Source: Eukaryota sp. GEM-RC1 | Lineage: Eukaryota | Length of the DNA: 64,000 nt | Direction: 5' to 3' | Assembly: GCA_040285855.1 (NCBI GenBank) | Contig: JAUFOQ010000017.1 | Location: 558,001 to 622,000 of the forward strand | Part shown: in pieces, positions 61,129 through 64,000 of the stretch | Layout: the number at the start of each line of letters is the position of its first letter | Position numbering within the stretch: position 1 is the first letter of the stretch | Translations under genes and position numbers: made by a program | The notes under the pieces: generated by a model | What the model was told of the DNA's origin: nothing | Databases searched by the model: none | What the model saw: only the letters and a program-made list of their open reading frames with translations

Positions 61129-64000
61129 ATGTCTACAGACAACAATAATTATTGTGTCCCATGTGGTGCTGCGCCTTGTGACAGAGTGCCCCCGCACTCA
61201 CCAAGGTCCCAGGACCCCACAATGAGTCGTTTCTTCTCGGATGGTCCCGCCCTCCAAGGAACAACTACATCCCTTTTAGAAGGTTCCGCCCTTCAAAGTC
61301 CCTCCTCTGTTGAAGGTTCCGCCCTTCCAGTAACTTCCGAGGTTGCAGGTTCCGTCCCTACTCCTCAAACCCAGCAAACTCCCTCAGAAGGTTCCGTCCT
61401 TCAAAGGATTCCTGTGGTTGAAGGTTCCGCCCTTCCTTCCCAACCTCAAGAGGAAGTGATAACCATTCAAGAGGATAGCCCTCCAGAAGGTTGCACCCTT
61501 CAGAGCCCCTCCTCCACTGTCCAGATCAATTATCAGGATTTATCTCCTCCGAGAGATATGGTTCCTCCGAAAGACACTTCGTCTCCAACGAATCCTGCCT
61601 TCGAGAGGATTAGAGCTATGTTCAGCGGAGCACCAACTCCGAACAAGCCTTTTCCCACTCTCCAACTCTCCTCTTTTGCAACTCCCACGTCGCGACAAGA
61701 GGGGTTCAAGTTTGCAGCGGAACGAGATTTAGGTCTCCCTCCATCTAAGCCTTTGCCAAAAGCCACTTCCAAAAGTGCCCCCATTAAAAAAATCTCAGAA
61801 GGGTTCCGTTCCCTCATCACTTCCTATAGTTGATGCCTCGTCTACTCCACGTGCCCAGGATTCCGTTCCTCATGTTGGTGAAACACCCATAGTTTCTCAC
61901 GTCAATCCCGCCGCGGACCCTGACTTAGAAGATCTATGCGACTTTGACGTAGCTGATGATGAAGAGTCTGGTCAGACGCCTGCCAAAGGCCCATCTGACC
62001 ATCCTCAACCTCCTCCGTCGAGGCCTGTCAGGGACAAGAGAGGGTTCCAACCCCAACCTATTATTCCCGTCCAAGGATTTTATCCTGTCAGGTCCACTAA
62101 GACGGGTTCCTCAGAGTTATTCCAGGCCCCTCCTGGACCTTTTCAACAAGGGTTAACAGAAGAGGAACTAAAACGAGTAGAACATCGTATGTTCCCATCA
62201 GATCGCCAAATGGTACATGATTTTCTTCATGGAGTCAAAGATAGAACGGACTACCTAAGAAACCGCTATCCTAGACCAGCTCAGGCAGCCATAAGACTGA
62301 TAAGGAGACAATTTAACGACGAAGTTATGCCGCTTGAAGGAACTTACACCATCCTTGATGACCGAGGAAGACCCCATACTATCCTGATGGACCCTAGTAT
62401 ACCGGAAACCATGATTCCTGTTAAAAAATGCTGGGAAAAGGTCCAGGAAGTATTGACAGGTCGAACTTTCGAAAAGTCGAATTCGGACAAAAGAATTCGC
62501 TCATCAGATCACATCTCCTCTCAGCTTCCCGAAGCCATCCAGAGCACCACAACCCCGACTGATGAAGTGGTTATCCAACCCACAGCATTGAAATACCGAG
62601 CTCGAGTGGAATATGAAGAAGAACTCGCTCGTAGAGCAAATGCAAATCCGAAGTCTAAAGTGAAAGAAATTTCCGAATTTTATCAATCACCTTCCGATCA
62701 ATCAAACCCACCAACTGATGTCCACCAGCTTGGTCTCTCCTTGAGTGACCTTAGCACGACATCAACCTCCCCCTTCAACTGACCTCCTTCCCCCCCTGGC
62801 TCCGTCAGCATCCAATTCGGTTGTGGAACAACGTTCCCCAATGTCCCATAGTGTTGTCACTTTCCAACAGAAAGTCCCCCTCGACTCTATGAAGAACTCC
62901 AAGCTTCAACCCAAGATGCTTTCGAGTTTGAAACCACACGACATCATTGAATTTGCTCAAGACTTCCTTCAATGGAGCGTGATGGACCCTAACCACAAAA
63001 CACCGGTAGGGGCTCCATTCGGATGGCCAAGACATTTTTTCGACTTCAGTCGAACTGCTGCAGCACACGCTGATCCTTCTTACATCCAACGCTTCGTAAA
63101 GTTCGACTTACAGACCCAGCTGTCTATGCAAAAGGAGTGGGATGGTAAGAACCCTCTCACCCTATGGTTAGCTCTCCTCAAGCGTACTCAGTTCCCAGAC
63201 GAGACCACTGCTTTAAATGAGCTGAACAAGATCAAGATGAAGTGGTCCATCACAGACCCTGAAGAGCGATGGAGTGATTTCATATCACGGTTGCACCGCG
63301 TTCTACAAAGAACCCAGGCCATAAAGCCGAAGAATAAGCCAATGACTGCGTTACCAGACAAAGCCATTGTTAAAGCTATTCTTTCGAACATAGGCATCGT
63401 ATCCATCTGGATCGAATGTTGGCCTCTCTACCAAGACTCTCCAGATATCCAAGGATTAATATCCGATGTCAAAGAACGTTATGACACTTGGTGCGAGAGA
63501 TGGAAATCTGCTCCAGCCAACGTGCAGAACGAACAACGAATTGCCGAGATAGCTCATCTTAGAGATACAGCTACTTGGGAAGACCTCCCCAAATCTTGGA
63601 CTTCTCGCCCCCTCATCCCGGTTCAGTCTAGTGAACCCGGTAGATCTCGTAGATCGGCATCCAGCTCCAAGCCACCCTCGAAGAAGCCTCGATCTGAAGA
63701 GAAAGACCCTGACGCCTGTAGATTTTGTGGCGAAAAGGGCCATTCCATCCTCCAATGTCCGGATCCCGAATGTAAACGTAGTGAGCTTCCTTTAGAGCAA
63801 CGTAAGGCCAAGAGTTCCACCTCAAAACCATCTCGTAGTCATAGCAAGAAACACTCGTCCCATAAAAAATCTAAATATTTCAATGCAAATTCAGCACATA
63901 TTAACAGCCTTGTAGATATAGCTGATAACATCACATCTAGTCAATCAAATCCCAGTTTGATTGAAACCAATCAATTCTTAAATCCATTGAGCAACATCAG
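61129..64000 (+). mobile_element. LTR-retrotransposon gag-like polyprotein, frameshifted, running off the window
   Basis: Pro/Ser-rich ORFs 61129-61833 and 61775-62782; an unlisted stop-free frame ~63020-64000 with capsid-like WSDFISRLHRVL..DKAIVKAIL and the knuckle CRFCGEKGHSILQCPDPEC (~63717); higher GC than the flanks. Confidence 0.72.
61240..61501 (+). repeat. Seven interspaced copies of a palindromic 16-mer GAAGGTTCCGCCCTTC (EGSAL)
   Basis: Copies at 61240, 61279, 61312, 61345, 61387, 61420, 61486. Confidence 0.9.

Noticed and set aside
61240..61501. CRISPR array interpretation of the palindromic repeats
   Set aside because: Repeats are only 16 bp, spacers vary from 17 to 50 bp, all periods are in frame within an ORF, two spacers resemble each other, there are no cas genes, and the context is eukaryotic

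Overview
Eukaryotic nuclear DNA from an AT-rich, gene-dense protist. I found no introns, the code is standard, and a DRC12-like gene suggests a flagellate; the lineage cannot be fixed from this window. About 28 host genes are present: ribosome biogenesis (CBF5, BMS1, SDA1, YTM1, RPP30), trafficking (CHMP5/VPS60, two SNAREs, ArfGAP), ABCA and ABCC transporters, two BTB proteins, a DEDDy exonuclease, a dsRBD protein, an LPCAT-like acyltransferase, bacterial-type oligopeptidase A, YccF and TspO, and one tRNA-Thr(CGT). They alternate with islands of decayed transposons: several hAT elements with 8-bp TSDs (one nested), a Tc1/mariner-like HTH remnant, and LTR gag-like ORFs. The highlights are absent from the ORF track. 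(1) A TA-flanked, 30-bp-TIR element (24515-26110) carries a TspO gene at its left end and a Fanzor (eukaryotic TnpB) RuvC-III C-terminus plus omegaRNA-like hairpins at its right end. (2) A second, near full-length decayed Fanzor lies at about 4906-7136 (-). (3) A palindromic 16-bp repeat/spacer array sits inside a gag-like ORF. At least 14 frameshifts in conserved genes fall at short homopolymers and are most likely long-read consensus errors. All family assignments come from motif recognition by eye; no searches were run.
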